This document shows positions 10,118-20,072 of a stretch of 64,000 nt of DNA, piece after piece. The notes beneath the pieces are model-generated. The model did no database searches, was not told where the DNA came from, and saw only the letters and a list, made by a program, of their open reading frames with translations. How positions within the stretch are numbered: the first letter of the stretch is position 1; each line of letters opens with the position of its first letter. Position numbers and translations under genes: made by a program. The stretch comes from an uncultured Sphaerotilus sp. (GTDB lineage Bacteria; Pseudomonadota; Gammaproteobacteria; Burkholderiales; Burkholderiaceae_C). Where the stretch lies: contig CAYYCN010000003.1 in assembly GCA_964470355.1 (NCBI GenBank), forward strand, positions 4,140 through 68,139, in the 5' to 3' direction.

Positions 10118-11605
10118 ATGACCTTTGACACCCTGGGACTGCACGAGTCCATCCTGAAGTCCCTGCAGCAAGCCGGCTACGAAAACCCGACCGAAGTCCA
10201 GGCCCAGACGATTCCTCCGGCCCTGAAGGGTCTGGACCTGCGCGTGTGCTCCAACACTGGCAGCGGCAAGACCGCTTCCTTCGTGCTGCCCGCCCTGCAG
10301 CGCATCATCGAAGCCCGCCAGGACCCGGCACGCCGCCGCGCCAAGGGCGAAGTCTGCGGCCCGCGCGTGCTGGTGCTGTGCCCCACCCGTGAACTGGCGC
10401 TGCAGGTCTCCAAGGCCGCCATCGGCTATGGCCGCAGCGTGACCGGCCTGCGCGTGGCCACCGTCGTCGGCGGCGTGCCCTACGGCACCCAGCTGGCCGC
10501 CCTGCGCGCCCCGCTCGACATCCTGATCGCCACCCCCGGCCGCCTGATCGACCACATCAACAGCGGCAAGGCCATCCTGTCCGGCGTTGAAATGCTGATC
10601 CTGGACGAAGCCGACCGCATGCTGGACATGGGCTTCATCGAAGACATCGAGCACATCGCCGAATCGCTGCCGGCGTCGCGCCAGACCATCATGGTCAGCG
10701 CCACGTTCGCCGGTCAGGTGGGCCGCCTGGCCGACCAGATCCTGCGCGACGACGCCCAGCGCATCGAGGTCGCCAACCACACCGACACACACGACAACAT
10801 CGAGCAGAAGCTGATGTGGGCCGACAGCCTGGAGCACAAGGCCCGCCTGCTGGAGCACGTGCTGGGCAGCTCCGAGCTGCAGCAGGCCGTGATCTTCACC
10901 AGCACCCAGCGTGACGCCGACGACCTGGCTGCCCACCTGTACGACCTCGGCCACGCCGTGGCGCCGCTGCACGGCGGCATGCCGCAAGGCCGCCGCACCC
11001 GCACGTTGATGGGCCTGCGCCGCGGTGAGCTTCGCATCCTGGTCGCCACCGATGTGGCCGCCCGCGGCATCGACGTGCCCACGATCAGCCACGTCATCAA
11101 CTTCGGTCTGCCGATGAAGGCCGAGGACTACGTGCACCGCATCGGCCGCACGGGCCGTGCCGGCCGCTCCGGTCTGGCCGTGACGCTGGCCGAACGCCGC
11201 GACGTGCCGATGATCCGCCGCATCCAGCAGTTCACCACGCAGTCCATTCCGGTGGGGGTGGTCGAAGGCCTGGAGCCGCAGCGCCCGGCACCCGACCTCG
11301 TCTCCCGCGGTCCGCGCCGTGACGGCCCCGGCCTGAGCCGCGGCGGACGCCGCCCGGGCCCCGGCGGTCGCCCGGCACGTCACGGCGACGCTCCCCGCCA
11401 ACAAGGCTATGGCGAAGACGCCCGCCGCCGCGAGGGTTTTGGCGGTGACCGTGGCTTTGGAGGGGGAGACCGGGGCTTCGCTGGCCAGGACCGTGGCCAC
11501 GGCGGACGCCCGGCCCCGGCGGCTCGCGCCTCTCACGGCGATCCGCGTGACCGCGGCCACGGCGACTTCCGAGGCAGCGCCCGCCCCGGTTCGCGCCACC
11601 GCTGA
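10118..11605 (+). CDS. DEAD-box RNA helicase (RhlE-like)
   Basis: TGSGKT, PTRELA, LDEADRM, SAT, ARGID, HRIGRTGRAG; Gly/Arg-rich tail. Confidence 0.95.
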   Translation: MTFDTLGLHESILKSLQQAGYENPTEVQAQTIPPALKGLDLRVCSNTGSGKTASFVLPALQRIIEARQDPARRRAKGEVCGPRVLVLCPTRELALQVSKAAIGYGRSVTGLRVATVVGGVPYGTQLAALRAPLDILIATPGRLIDHINSGKAILSGVEMLILDEADRMLDMGFIEDIEHIAESLPASRQTIMVSATFAGQVGRLADQILRDDAQRIEVANHTDTHDNIEQKLMWADSLEHKARLLEHVLGSSELQQAVIFTSTQRDADDLAAHLYDLGHAVAPLHGGMPQGRRTRTLMGLRRGELRILVATDVAARGIDVPTISHVINFGLPMKAEDYVHRIGRTGRAGRSGLAVTLAERRDVPMIRRIQQFTTQSIPVGVVEGLEPQRPAPDLVSRGPRRDGPGLSRGGRRPGPGGRPARHGDAPRQQGYGEDARRREGFGGDRGFGGGDRGFAGQDRGHGGRPAPAARASHGDPRDRGHGDFRGSARPGSRHR

Positions 11606-11630
11606 GCGCGGGGCGCCGGGCCTGAGTGAA

Positions 11631-13550
11631 TCAGGCCTGCGTCACCTTCACGGCGGGGCCAGTGGCCCCGTCGACGCCACAGGTCCACAGGACCTTCAGA
11701 TCGGACGCATCGGCCACGCCTTCGGCGTAGACCTTCAGGTCGAGGCTGTGCAGCAGGCGCACCGTCCGCTCCACCAGCAGTGCACGGTCGCGGTCCCGCG
11801 ACACGTCGACCCCCACGCTGCCGGCCAGCTTCACATAGTCCAGGCCCACGTCCAGCAGACCGCCCGACGTGGGCAGATCCACCCCCGCATGCTCGACGCC
11901 GATGCGCACGCCCAGCGGGCGCAGCTGACGGACCATTTCACCCAGCACGGCAGCCTGCAGATCCACCGCCGACGCCGACACCTCGATCCACAGGCTTTGG
12001 GCTGCGACTCCGGCCGCCGCGATCCGGGCACGGATGCGCGGCAGGAACGCGGCATCCCGCATGGACTGCAGCGACACATGCACACAGCGGGGCTCGCGGT
12101 CCTGGGCGATGCCCTGAAGGGCCAGGGACAGCGCCACCTCGTCCGTGCGGGTCGTGAGCTGCGTGCGCATGGCGTAGGGGAGCCAATGGGCAGCGGGCTC
12201 AAACTCCCCGCCGTCGTGCAATTGCAGGCGCAGCGGACACTCCATGTGCAGCAGGCCGCCACGGGGATCGATCACCGGATACTTCACGAGCCGCGCACGC
12301 TGCTCCAACACGGCAGATTCCAGCTGGCGGCGCCAAGCATCCTCGCCACCCAGCCCTGCCGCAGACGCCCCCCCTCGATCGGCCAGCGCGACAGCCGCCA
12401 CCTCACCCGAAGCCTCGGCCCGAGCCAGAGCGGCGTCGGCACGGGCCAGCAGCGCGCCGGTCTGATCACCGCGTGACCAGGCCGCGACCGAAGCCACCAG
12501 CACCACGTCCCCGTAGGGCTCCAGGGTCGAGCGAACCCGATCGAGGATGTCCTGGGCGAACGCCTCCCCACCGACTGGCATGCTGCGGAACACCGCAAAG
12601 TCCGACCCATTGAGGCGACCGACCGCCCGCTGGCGAACACCCTCCACGGGATGGCGCAGCACGTCGGCCAGTTCACGCAGCAGGGCGTCGGTCTGCACAT
12701 GACCGAGCCGACGGTTCACACCGGCCAGATCAAGCAGACGCAGCAGCACCAGATGCCCCCGCCCCGGTCCGGTCTCGTCTTCCAGCTCGGACTGGAAGTC
12801 GGCCAGAAACTGCCGACGATGGGTCAGACCCGTCAGTTCATCGCAATGAACCTGGCGGCGCAAGGCCTCCACCTCACGCACCTGCTCACCAAACAACGCG
12901 CGCAGGCGCTCGACCATGACGTTCAACGCACGGGCCACACGCTTCATCTCGGGAACCTGGGGCTCCTCCATCAAGATGAACTGCCGCTCGGACAACGCCT
13001 GGGCCTGGGCCACCACCGCGTCGAGAGGCCGGCGCAAACGGTGCACCGCCCACAATCCCAGCACGGCGGTCACGCCACCCAGCGCCAGCATCCACAGCGC
13101 CATGCGGACCGATCCCGTCCACAGGTCCTCGTAGGCAAAAGCGGTGTGGCTGCGCACCTCCAGCCGACCCAACTGGGTCCAGCCGCTCGACACCTGCGCC
13201 ACACCCGGCTTGGGCTGCAGCGGCAAAGCCTGTTGAAACCAGGCCGGCGCCCGCATCACCTGCGGAGGAGAGGAACGATCCACCAACACGCGACCATCGG
13301 GACCGGTCAACACGATGCGCTCGTAATGCCCCGTGTCGAACTGTGCGGACACGCCCAGCTCCAGCAAGGACGCATCGCCCTTGAGCTGGGACAGCGTCAG
13401 CGCCAAGGACTGCGCGTTGTCGTTGTTCTTCACCGAGACCTGGGTCTCGATGTACTCGCGGGCCTGCTGCACCGACACCCCGATGCCTCCCAGGCATCCC
13501 CCGATGACCACCAGCAGCACCAACAGCCACACCTGCCGCATCATCGACAT
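11631..13550 (-). CDS. lapD: LapD-like c-di-GMP receptor (LapD/MoxY periplasmic domain, HAMP, degenerate GGDEF and EAL)
   Basis: FDTGHYERI, APAWF, VSSGW; degenerate NGSDF and ECPLR; downstream of lapG. Confidence 0.85.
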   Translation of the reverse strand: MSMMRQVWLLVLLVVIGGCLGGIGVSVQQAREYIETQVSVKNNDNAQSLALTLSQLKGDASLLELGVSAQFDTGHYERIVLTGPDGRVLVDRSSPPQVMRAPAWFQQALPLQPKPGVAQVSSGWTQLGRLEVRSHTAFAYEDLWTGSVRMALWMLALGGVTAVLGLWAVHRLRRPLDAVVAQAQALSERQFILMEEPQVPEMKRVARALNVMVERLRALFGEQVREVEALRRQVHCDELTGLTHRRQFLADFQSELEDETGPGRGHLVLLRLLDLAGVNRRLGHVQTDALLRELADVLRHPVEGVRQRAVGRLNGSDFAVFRSMPVGGEAFAQDILDRVRSTLEPYGDVVLVASVAAWSRGDQTGALLARADAALARAEASGEVAAVALADRGGASAAGLGGEDAWRRQLESAVLEQRARLVKYPVIDPRGGLLHMECPLRLQLHDGGEFEPAAHWLPYAMRTQLTTRTDEVALSLALQGIAQDREPRCVHVSLQSMRDAAFLPRIRARIAAAGVAAQSLWIEVSASAVDLQAAVLGEMVRQLRPLGVRIGVEHAGVDLPTSGGLLDVGLDYVKLAGSVGVDVSRDRDRALLVERTVRLLHSLDLKVYAEGVADASDLKVLWTCGVDGATGPAVKVTQA

Positions 13551-13596
13551 GCGCCGCCTCCAATTTGTTCATGACCCCACATGGGCACACATTCCT

Positions 13597-14259
13597 TCAG
13601 AGCGAACCCTCTTCACGGCTGCGGGCGAGCACATCCCGCCACTTCGACAGCCGTGCCACCGGATCTCCGGCCGAGGCACCGTGCGTACCTTGCCACAAGC
13701 CCTCGGCGTTGAAGCTGAAAACAGGGGTCAAATCCGGGCGCCTGGAAGCGGGTCGAACTTCGGACACCAGGTTGTCCATGATGAGAGGCTCCCCCCCGCC
13801 AGGCGGGTAATACGCCAACACCATGTGGGCCACCTGGCCACCGCCCAAGGCTGCGCGCACGTAGACCAGCCGCAGATCCCGGGCCGGAACCCCCGACGCC
13901 ACCAGGCCGGAATACTTGGCGATCGCAAAATCCTCGCAGTCGCCCACGCCCCGCCCCAGGGTTTCGACGGGCGACGCCCAGTAGTCGTTCACCCCCCAGA
14001 TCTCGATGTCCTCCCGGTAAGTGACCCGGCGGTTCACGTACTGGTTGAGGGAGTGGACCCGTCCCTCGTCATCGTTGCCTCCCGCTTGGCGCACCGCCTG
14101 TTGCCACGCACGCAACAGCCCCGGCGCGCCCGCCCCCAGACGCTGCGCCGCCGCGGACTGCCGGTCCGGATCGATGGCCGAGTGCGACAACCCCATCACC
14201 CAACCCAGCACCGCCAGCAGCACCCAGCGCCAAGGCCTGGCCCTGCAGAGGCTCTGCAT
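13597..14259 (-). CDS. lapG: LapG-like transglutaminase-like cysteine protease (start uncertain)
   Basis: DYWASPVETLGRGVGDCEDFAIAKY, HMVL, MDNL, PVFSFN. Confidence 0.9.
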   Translation of the reverse strand: MQSLCRARPWRWVLLAVLGWVMGLSHSAIDPDRQSAAAQRLGAGAPGLLRAWQQAVRQAGGNDDEGRVHSLNQYVNRRVTYREDIEIWGVNDYWASPVETLGRGVGDCEDFAIAKYSGLVASGVPARDLRLVYVRAALGGGQVAHMVLAYYPPGGGEPLIMDNLVSEVRPASRRPDLTPVFSFNAEGLWQGTHGASAGDPVARLSKWRDVLARSREEGSL

Positions 14260-14533
14260 ACCCGAAAAGGCAGAGGTGACAAACGCACACGAGGTCATCG
14301 TCCTCATATCGACCCACACCCCTTCAACTGAAGGCCCCAGACCCAGATCCCGAACCGGCGAAATTGGCAACGTAGACCGTGATTTGTTGTCGAATCAAGA
14401 ACTTCTATGGAATACTTCAACCGCAAACTTGCAACCAGAAGTACAGATAATCGCTACGTAGTGCCCATTCGTTCAATCTCACTGGACCCCCAACGGGAGG
14501 GGGAGGTGAACAGCGCCGGGATTCACGAAAGCC

Positions 14534-16387
14534 ATGAAAACCATCACCACCCTCGTCATCACCACCCTGGCCTTGGCGGCCCAAACCGCCTTGGCCCAAC
14601 CGGCTGACTCCTTCAAGTCGGCCGTGCAGCGCGCACTCACCACCAGCCCGGAGGTGACCGCCAAGCTCAATGCCCTGCGTGCCTCCACCAGCGAAGTCGA
14701 GGTGGCCCGTGGCGGCTACTACCCGAAGCTGGACCTCTCCGCGGAAGTGGGTCGCGTCAACGACCGCATCTCCAGCCGCACCCCCGAATCCCAGAGCATG
14801 AACCACGGCGGCGTGGCCCTGACGGCCACCCAGATGCTGTGGGACGGCCTGAGCACCCGCAGCGAAGTGTCCCGGTTGGACCACGCCCGTCTGGTCCGTT
14901 ACTTCGAGTTCCTGGACACGTCCGAACAGACCGCCCTCGAAACGGTGAAGGCTTATTTGGATGTACAGCGCACGACCCAGTTGGTCAAGCTGGCTGAAGA
15001 CAACTATGTGAGCCATCGCCAAGTGCACGACCAGATGCTCTCGCGCGTCAAGGCCGGTGTCGGCCGTGGCGTCGATCTGGAACAGGCGGCCGCCCGCATG
15101 GCTTTGGCCGAGTCCAACCTGACGGCGGAAACGGCCAACCTGCACGACGTGACCGAACGCTACCGCCGCCTGGTGGGCGCGCTGCCGGAGGTCTCGCCAA
15201 ACACCCCGAACGTGTTCGACAAGGGCCTGCCCGCCTCCAGCGCAGCCCTGCTCGACCTGTCGGCCAAGCGAAACGCCGGCGTGGCCGCGGCCGTCGAGAA
15301 TCTGCGCGCCGCCCAGGCCCAGGCCAAGCAACGCGACAGCGCCTTCCACCCGCGTGTCGAAGCCCGCATCCGCAGCGGCGTGGGCCACAACTTCGATGCC
15401 GTGGCCGACCAGAAGCGCGACACGGCCGCCGGCCTGTCCCTGAACTGGAACCTGTTCAACGGCGGATCGGACAAGGCGCGCGTGCGTCAGGCCGCTTCGC
15501 TGCTGGACCAGGCCGGTGATCTGCGGGACAAGGCCTGCCGCGACACCCGCCAGACCGCGGCCATCGCCTTCAACGACGTGCGCAAGCTGACGGACCAGGT
15601 GCGTTACCTGGACCAGAACACGCTGTCGTCCGAGAAGACCGCCCGCGCGTACCGCCAGCAGTTCGACATCGGTCAGCGTTCGCTGCTGGATGTCCTGAAC
15701 GCCGAGAACGAGCTCTACTCGGCCCGCCGCTCGCTGTCCAACGCCGAGTACGACCTGGTGCTGGCCAAGGCCCGCACCCACGCCGCATCGAGCAACCTGG
15801 TCAATGCCCTGGGCCTGACCCGTGCAGGCGGCGCTTCGGATGACGCCCTGGGAGGGCAGTCCTGGGAAGCCGGTGACGACGCCTCATCGCGCTGCCCGCT
15901 GACCCCGACCGAACTGCGCGTGACCGGCAAGGACGAACTCGACCAACGCGCCCGCAGTGCCGGTGCTCGCTCGGCGGCGACCCCGGCGCCTGTCGCGGCC
16001 TTGGCGCCCGCCAAGTCGACCGCCGCAGCCGCACCGAGCGACGCCTCTTTGGCCAGCACCCCGATCTCGGCCCGCCTGCTCGACTGGAGCAAGGCCTGGA
16101 ACAGCAAGGACGTGACGCAGTACGTGAGCTTCTACGATTCGAAGTTCAAGCCCGAGACAGGCACCCGCAGCGCCTGGTTCAACGCCCGCTCCAAGATGAT
16201 CCGTGCCAAGGGGGCCTCGAACGTGCAACTGGCCAACGTCCAACGTCGCACCCTGCCCAATGGTCAGGTGGAAACGACGTTTGACCAGACCACCACGACA
16301 GCAGGCGCCTCTTCGACGGTCCAGAAGACCCTGACCTGGTCACGCCGGGGAGTCGAGTGGTACATCGTGAAGGAAGCCAGCCGCTAA
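14534..16387 (+). CDS. TolC-family type I secretion outer-membrane protein (LapE/AggA-like) with C-terminal NTF2-like extension
   Basis: Signal peptide; GGYYPKLDL, AYRQQFDIGQRSLLDVLNAENE; Ala/Pro linker then WSKAWNSKD...YVSFY...KTLTW domain. Confidence 0.9.
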   Translation: MKTITTLVITTLALAAQTALAQPADSFKSAVQRALTTSPEVTAKLNALRASTSEVEVARGGYYPKLDLSAEVGRVNDRISSRTPESQSMNHGGVALTATQMLWDGLSTRSEVSRLDHARLVRYFEFLDTSEQTALETVKAYLDVQRTTQLVKLAEDNYVSHRQVHDQMLSRVKAGVGRGVDLEQAAARMALAESNLTAETANLHDVTERYRRLVGALPEVSPNTPNVFDKGLPASSAALLDLSAKRNAGVAAAVENLRAAQAQAKQRDSAFHPRVEARIRSGVGHNFDAVADQKRDTAAGLSLNWNLFNGGSDKARVRQAASLLDQAGDLRDKACRDTRQTAAIAFNDVRKLTDQVRYLDQNTLSSEKTARAYRQQFDIGQRSLLDVLNAENELYSARRSLSNAEYDLVLAKARTHAASSNLVNALGLTRAGGASDDALGGQSWEAGDDASSRCPLTPTELRVTGKDELDQRARSAGARSAATPAPVAALAPAKSTAAAAPSDASLASTPISARLLDWSKAWNSKDVTQYVSFYDSKFKPETGTRSAWFNARSKMIRAKGASNVQLANVQRRTLPNGQVETTFDQTTTTAGASSTVQKTLTWSRRGVEWYIVKEASR

Positions 16388-16407
16388 ATCGCGCCTGCAC
16401 CACTCAG

Positions 16408-16432
16408 AAACCGGCCCCAGGGCCGGTTTTTT
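16408..16432 (+). terminator. rho-independent terminator
   Basis: AAACCGGCCC-CA-GGGCCGGTTTTTT between convergent genes. Confidence 0.8.
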
Positions 16433-16457
16433 CATGCCCCGAGGGTTCACAGGAACA

Positions 16458-17090
16458 TCACCGCCCCAGCTCCAAGGCATCGAGAACCGGCTGCCACTGC
16501 CCCAGGTCACGTGCAACCTGGCTCGTGGGCACATCCCACAGGCACAGGCCGTGAGCGGCCAGATGCACATAGTTGTGCGTGTCCCGCAAGTGGGTCAGCA
16601 CCGGCACCTGAAGCGAAGCCGTCCATTGCTGAAACTGCTGGGCTGCGTGACTGTGCTCCCGCACGCGGTTGCCCATCACCGCCAAAGGCACCTTGGCGTG
16701 CTTGCGGCGCTCGGCGATCTGGGTCAAAAAGGCCTGGGTCGCGGCGATGTCGAACACGCTGGCCTGCAAGGGCACGATCACGTGATCGGCCACCGCCATG
16801 ACGACATCCAGCCGCTTGCCGCGCAGGCCGGCGGGGGTGTCCAGCACCGCATGCGCGGCCCGTCTGGACAGGGGAGGCAAGTCCTCCGCATCCCCCTCCC
16901 ACAAGGTGATCGGAGGCAAGAAGGAAGGACGCTGCGACAACCACCAGCCCGCCGATTGCTGCCGATCCACGTCCGCCAGGACCACCCCACCAGATCCTGC
17001 GCAGTGGCGCGCCAGGTACCCGGCCAATTGGGTCGACACCGTCGATTTGCCCACCCCGCCTTTGGGATTCACGATCGCGATCACCGCCAT
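16458..17090 (-). CDS. ParA/CobQ-family ATPase
   Basis: AIVNPKGGVGKST, DVDRQQS, LDTPAG; no parB nearby. Confidence 0.9.
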   Translation of the reverse strand: MAVIAIVNPKGGVGKSTVSTQLAGYLARHCAGSGGVVLADVDRQQSAGWWLSQRPSFLPPITLWEGDAEDLPPLSRRAAHAVLDTPAGLRGKRLDVVMAVADHVIVPLQASVFDIAATQAFLTQIAERRKHAKVPLAVMGNRVREHSHAAQQFQQWTASLQVPVLTHLRDTHNYVHLAAHGLCLWDVPTSQVARDLGQWQPVLDALELGR

Positions 17091-17135
17091 GCCAGGCACC
17101 TCCTCGTTTCAGTCTACTGCCGCTCGGGCGACGCC

Positions 17136-19004
17136 TCACCTCAGGCCGAAAACCGCAGGAAGAAATGTCGAGAGCGAAGGAAACAGCGCGATACACACCG
17201 TCCCCAGAAAAATGGCCCCCATGGCCGGCAAGACTGCCCGCCCCACATACCGAATGGGTTTGCCAAACATGGCCGAAGCAAAATAGAGATTCATGCCCGC
17301 GGGAGGGCACAGAAAACCCACTTCCATCGCCGCCAAGAAAATCACACCAAAGTGAATCGGATCGATGCCGTAACTTTGGGTCAAGGGCAGCAGCAGAGGC
17401 ACCAGCACCACCAACGCCGCAAAGATTTCCATCAAGGCCGCCGAGGCAAACAGAAACACGCACAACGCCAGCAGGAATGCATGCTTTTGGGGCAAAACCT
17501 CACGCACGCTCTCGATGGCCCGATCCGGAATGCCTGCGTCCACCAGAAAGTTGGTCAGTGCCAGGGCCATGCCCAGGATGAGCATCACCCCGCCAATCAG
17601 CCGTGCGCACATCGTCAGGGCATGGACCAGACGCTCGAAACCCAGTTCCCGGTGCGCCCAGGCCTGGGTGACGATGGCATAAGCAGCCGTCAGGGCCGCC
17701 CCCTCGGTGGGCGTGGCCAAGCCGCTGCCCAGCGAACCGATGGCAATCACTGGCGCCAGCAACTCCCAGCGGGCCGTCCAGGCCGCGCGCCACCACACCC
17801 GGTGAGGGGCCGATTCGACGGTGGACCGGGCCTCGGCCTCCGGCGCCTGCACCCACGCCGTCTGTGGTCGCCAGAATCCCCCCACCCCCAACAAACTGGC
17901 CACCATCAGCAGGGCCGGCAGCGCCCCTGCCAGAAACATGTCCATGATGGGCACCCGTGCGATCACGGCAAACATGATCAGCGGCACCGACGGTGCCAAC
18001 AGCACGCCCAGGGCGCTGGCACTGGTGATGAGCCCAATCGACCGCTGCTCCGGATACCCCGCCCCACGCAGCAGCGGCAACAACAATCCGCCCAGCGCCA
18101 GGATCGTGACCCCGCTGCCCCCAGTCGTCGCGGTGAACGCTGAGCACAGGACCGCCGCGGCCAGCACAGTGCCCCGGACCCCACCCCCAAACAGCGCCAA
18201 AAACACCTCGCCCAACCGATGCGCCGCACCAGTGTTCGCCAGAACCAGACCGGCCAGCGTGAACAGCGGAAGAGCCGGCAGCGACGGGTTGACGGTGATC
18301 TGATAGTGCGACAGGGCCACAGACGCCCATGGCAACCCCTCCGACGCAAAGAGACTCAGGGCCAACCCGCCCAGGATCGCAAAGATCGGCGCCCCAGCCC
18401 ACAAGGCCACGACCAACCCGAGCGCAGCCGGCCACACAGGCAACACCACACCCTCGAGGACATGGGCTCCGACGGCCCCCGCCACCGGAAGCCCCACGCC
18501 CGCCAACACTTTTCCGAACCCCGACGTCGCGCACCGCCGCCCAAAACGCCACCCCAGCCAGGCAAAGCCAAAAGGCAGACTGGCCTGCACCCACCCGGTC
18601 GGCAATCCATAGGCCAAGGCCCGGGCCGTCTCCATCTCGCTGGCCACAAATTGCCAGGCAGCCCACGCCAACATCCCGCTGATCACCGCGGTCGAGCCGT
18701 GCGCCCACCCTGCCAGCCCCGTGCGCAGCCACGGCCGATCCACACCTTCACCGGCACGTCCGAGGGCGCTGAGGTGTCCCGTGCGCTCGGCCGCCAAGGC
18801 CCCCACCATGGCCAGAATCAGCCCCAGGTGTTGCACCACGACGGGAGCGTTCTCGACCCCTGCGCCGGACCACGTCCGCCCCACCATCTCCACCAGGGGA
18901 ATGACCACCATGAGCGCCAAGGCCAGCGACGCCACGACATCGTCCCAGCACACCCCCTCCGCCCCACGGACGGGCCCGATCTTGACATCGACAGCAGCGG
19001 TCAC
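17136..19004 (-). CDS. TRAP transporter fused small/large permease (DctQM)
   Basis: Highly hydrophobic; LPLFTLAG, TGGSG, APSVPLI, DPIHFG, PPAGMNL. Confidence 0.9.
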   Translation of the reverse strand: MTAAVDVKIGPVRGAEGVCWDDVVASLALALMVVIPLVEMVGRTWSGAGVENAPVVVQHLGLILAMVGALAAERTGHLSALGRAGEGVDRPWLRTGLAGWAHGSTAVISGMLAWAAWQFVASEMETARALAYGLPTGWVQASLPFGFAWLGWRFGRRCATSGFGKVLAGVGLPVAGAVGAHVLEGVVLPVWPAALGLVVALWAGAPIFAILGGLALSLFASEGLPWASVALSHYQITVNPSLPALPLFTLAGLVLANTGAAHRLGEVFLALFGGGVRGTVLAAAVLCSAFTATTGGSGVTILALGGLLLPLLRGAGYPEQRSIGLITSASALGVLLAPSVPLIMFAVIARVPIMDMFLAGALPALLMVASLLGVGGFWRPQTAWVQAPEAEARSTVESAPHRVWWRAAWTARWELLAPVIAIGSLGSGLATPTEGAALTAAYAIVTQAWAHRELGFERLVHALTMCARLIGGVMLILGMALALTNFLVDAGIPDRAIESVREVLPQKHAFLLALCVFLFASAALMEIFAALVVLVPLLLPLTQSYGIDPIHFGVIFLAAMEVGFLCPPAGMNLYFASAMFGKPIRYVGRAVLPAMGAIFLGTVCIALFPSLSTFLPAVFGLR

Positions 19005-20035
19005 GATGCCAACTTGCCTTTGCCGGCGCGGTAAGCCCTGAGATGGGCAAAAACGGCATCAAAGGTCTCGGCCGGCACCATCGTGCCGCGGATGCGTGGA
19101 TACAACTGCTCGGCCAGCACCTGCCACTCACGCATTTGATCCGGACTGGGCTGGTGCACCACCAGCCCCCGCTTGCGCATGGCCGCCACCGCCTCGTCCA
19201 CCTCCAACCGAGCCTGCGCGCGCATGCGCTGTCCCGCCAGTTCCCCCTTCGTACGCAAGGCCTGCTGAGCGGTGGGGGTCATGGCATCCCATGCCTTCTG
19301 GGTCACCACCAGGGCCCCGACGATGGGGGCCCAATTGATCTCCAGCATGTGACCGGCCGTGGCGTAGACCTGACTGGCCAGCGCAAAGTACGGCGTAGAT
19401 GGCAACACGTCGATCATCCCGGTCTGAATCGCGGGCAGGATGTCCGAGGTTTCCAGGGGCACCGGCGTGTAGCCCAGGCTCTTCATTATCGACTGCTGAT
19501 CGGGCTCCGACCCCCAGGCGAAAAACTTCAGCCCCTTGTAGTCCTGAGGGCGCAGCGCCGGCACCTTCGAGAAAAACCGAACCCAACCCGCATCACCCCA
19601 GGCGACCACCACAAAACCCCGCTCCCGAAAACGCTGCTCCATGGCCGGACGCAATTTCTCGCGGACGTGGTCCACCTCGTCCCAAGTGCGAAACAGCAGC
19701 GGCAGGCTCTGCAAGGCTGAAATGCTCGGCTCGATCTCGCGCAGCCCCGTCACCGACATCAAGGCGCCCTGCAACTGGCCGATGCGCATGCGGCGCACGA
19801 GTTCTGCCTCGCCGCCTTGGCTGCCGTCCGTGAAAACCGTGTATCGGGCCCCGTCCCCCTGCGCCACCCGCCACCCCTCCCCCATCTCGAGCAACTGGCG
19901 GTGATAAAGCGAATTCTTGGGCACCACACTGCCAATGCGCAAAGACACGGACTGGGCCTGCACGGCCATTGGCAGACAAGGCAAAGCCAAAGCTGCGGCC
20001 AGCGAGGCCGACAGATTGCGACGGTCAGGATTCAT
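19001..20035 (-). CDS. TRAP transporter substrate-binding protein DctP
   Basis: Tat-like signal DRRNL; GGEAELVRRMRIGQL, PAIQTGMID. Confidence 0.9.
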   Translation of the reverse strand: MNPDRRNLSASLAAALALPCLPMAVQAQSVSLRIGSVVPKNSLYHRQLLEMGEGWRVAQGDGARYTVFTDGSQGGEAELVRRMRIGQLQGALMSVTGLREIEPSISALQSLPLLFRTWDEVDHVREKLRPAMEQRFRERGFVVVAWGDAGWVRFFSKVPALRPQDYKGLKFFAWGSEPDQQSIMKSLGYTPVPLETSDILPAIQTGMIDVLPSTPYFALASQVYATAGHMLEINWAPIVGALVVTQKAWDAMTPTAQQALRTKGELAGQRMRAQARLEVDEAVAAMRKRGLVVHQPSPDQMREWQVLAEQLYPRIRGTMVPAETFDAVFAHLRAYRAGKGKLAS

Positions 20036-20072
20036 GGGTCGGATTTGGGTGAGGAAACAGGAGCCCGCAGGC

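Noticed and set aside
16434-18143. 569-aa + strand ORF
   Set aside because: Antisense to the parA-family and dctQM genes; no motifs
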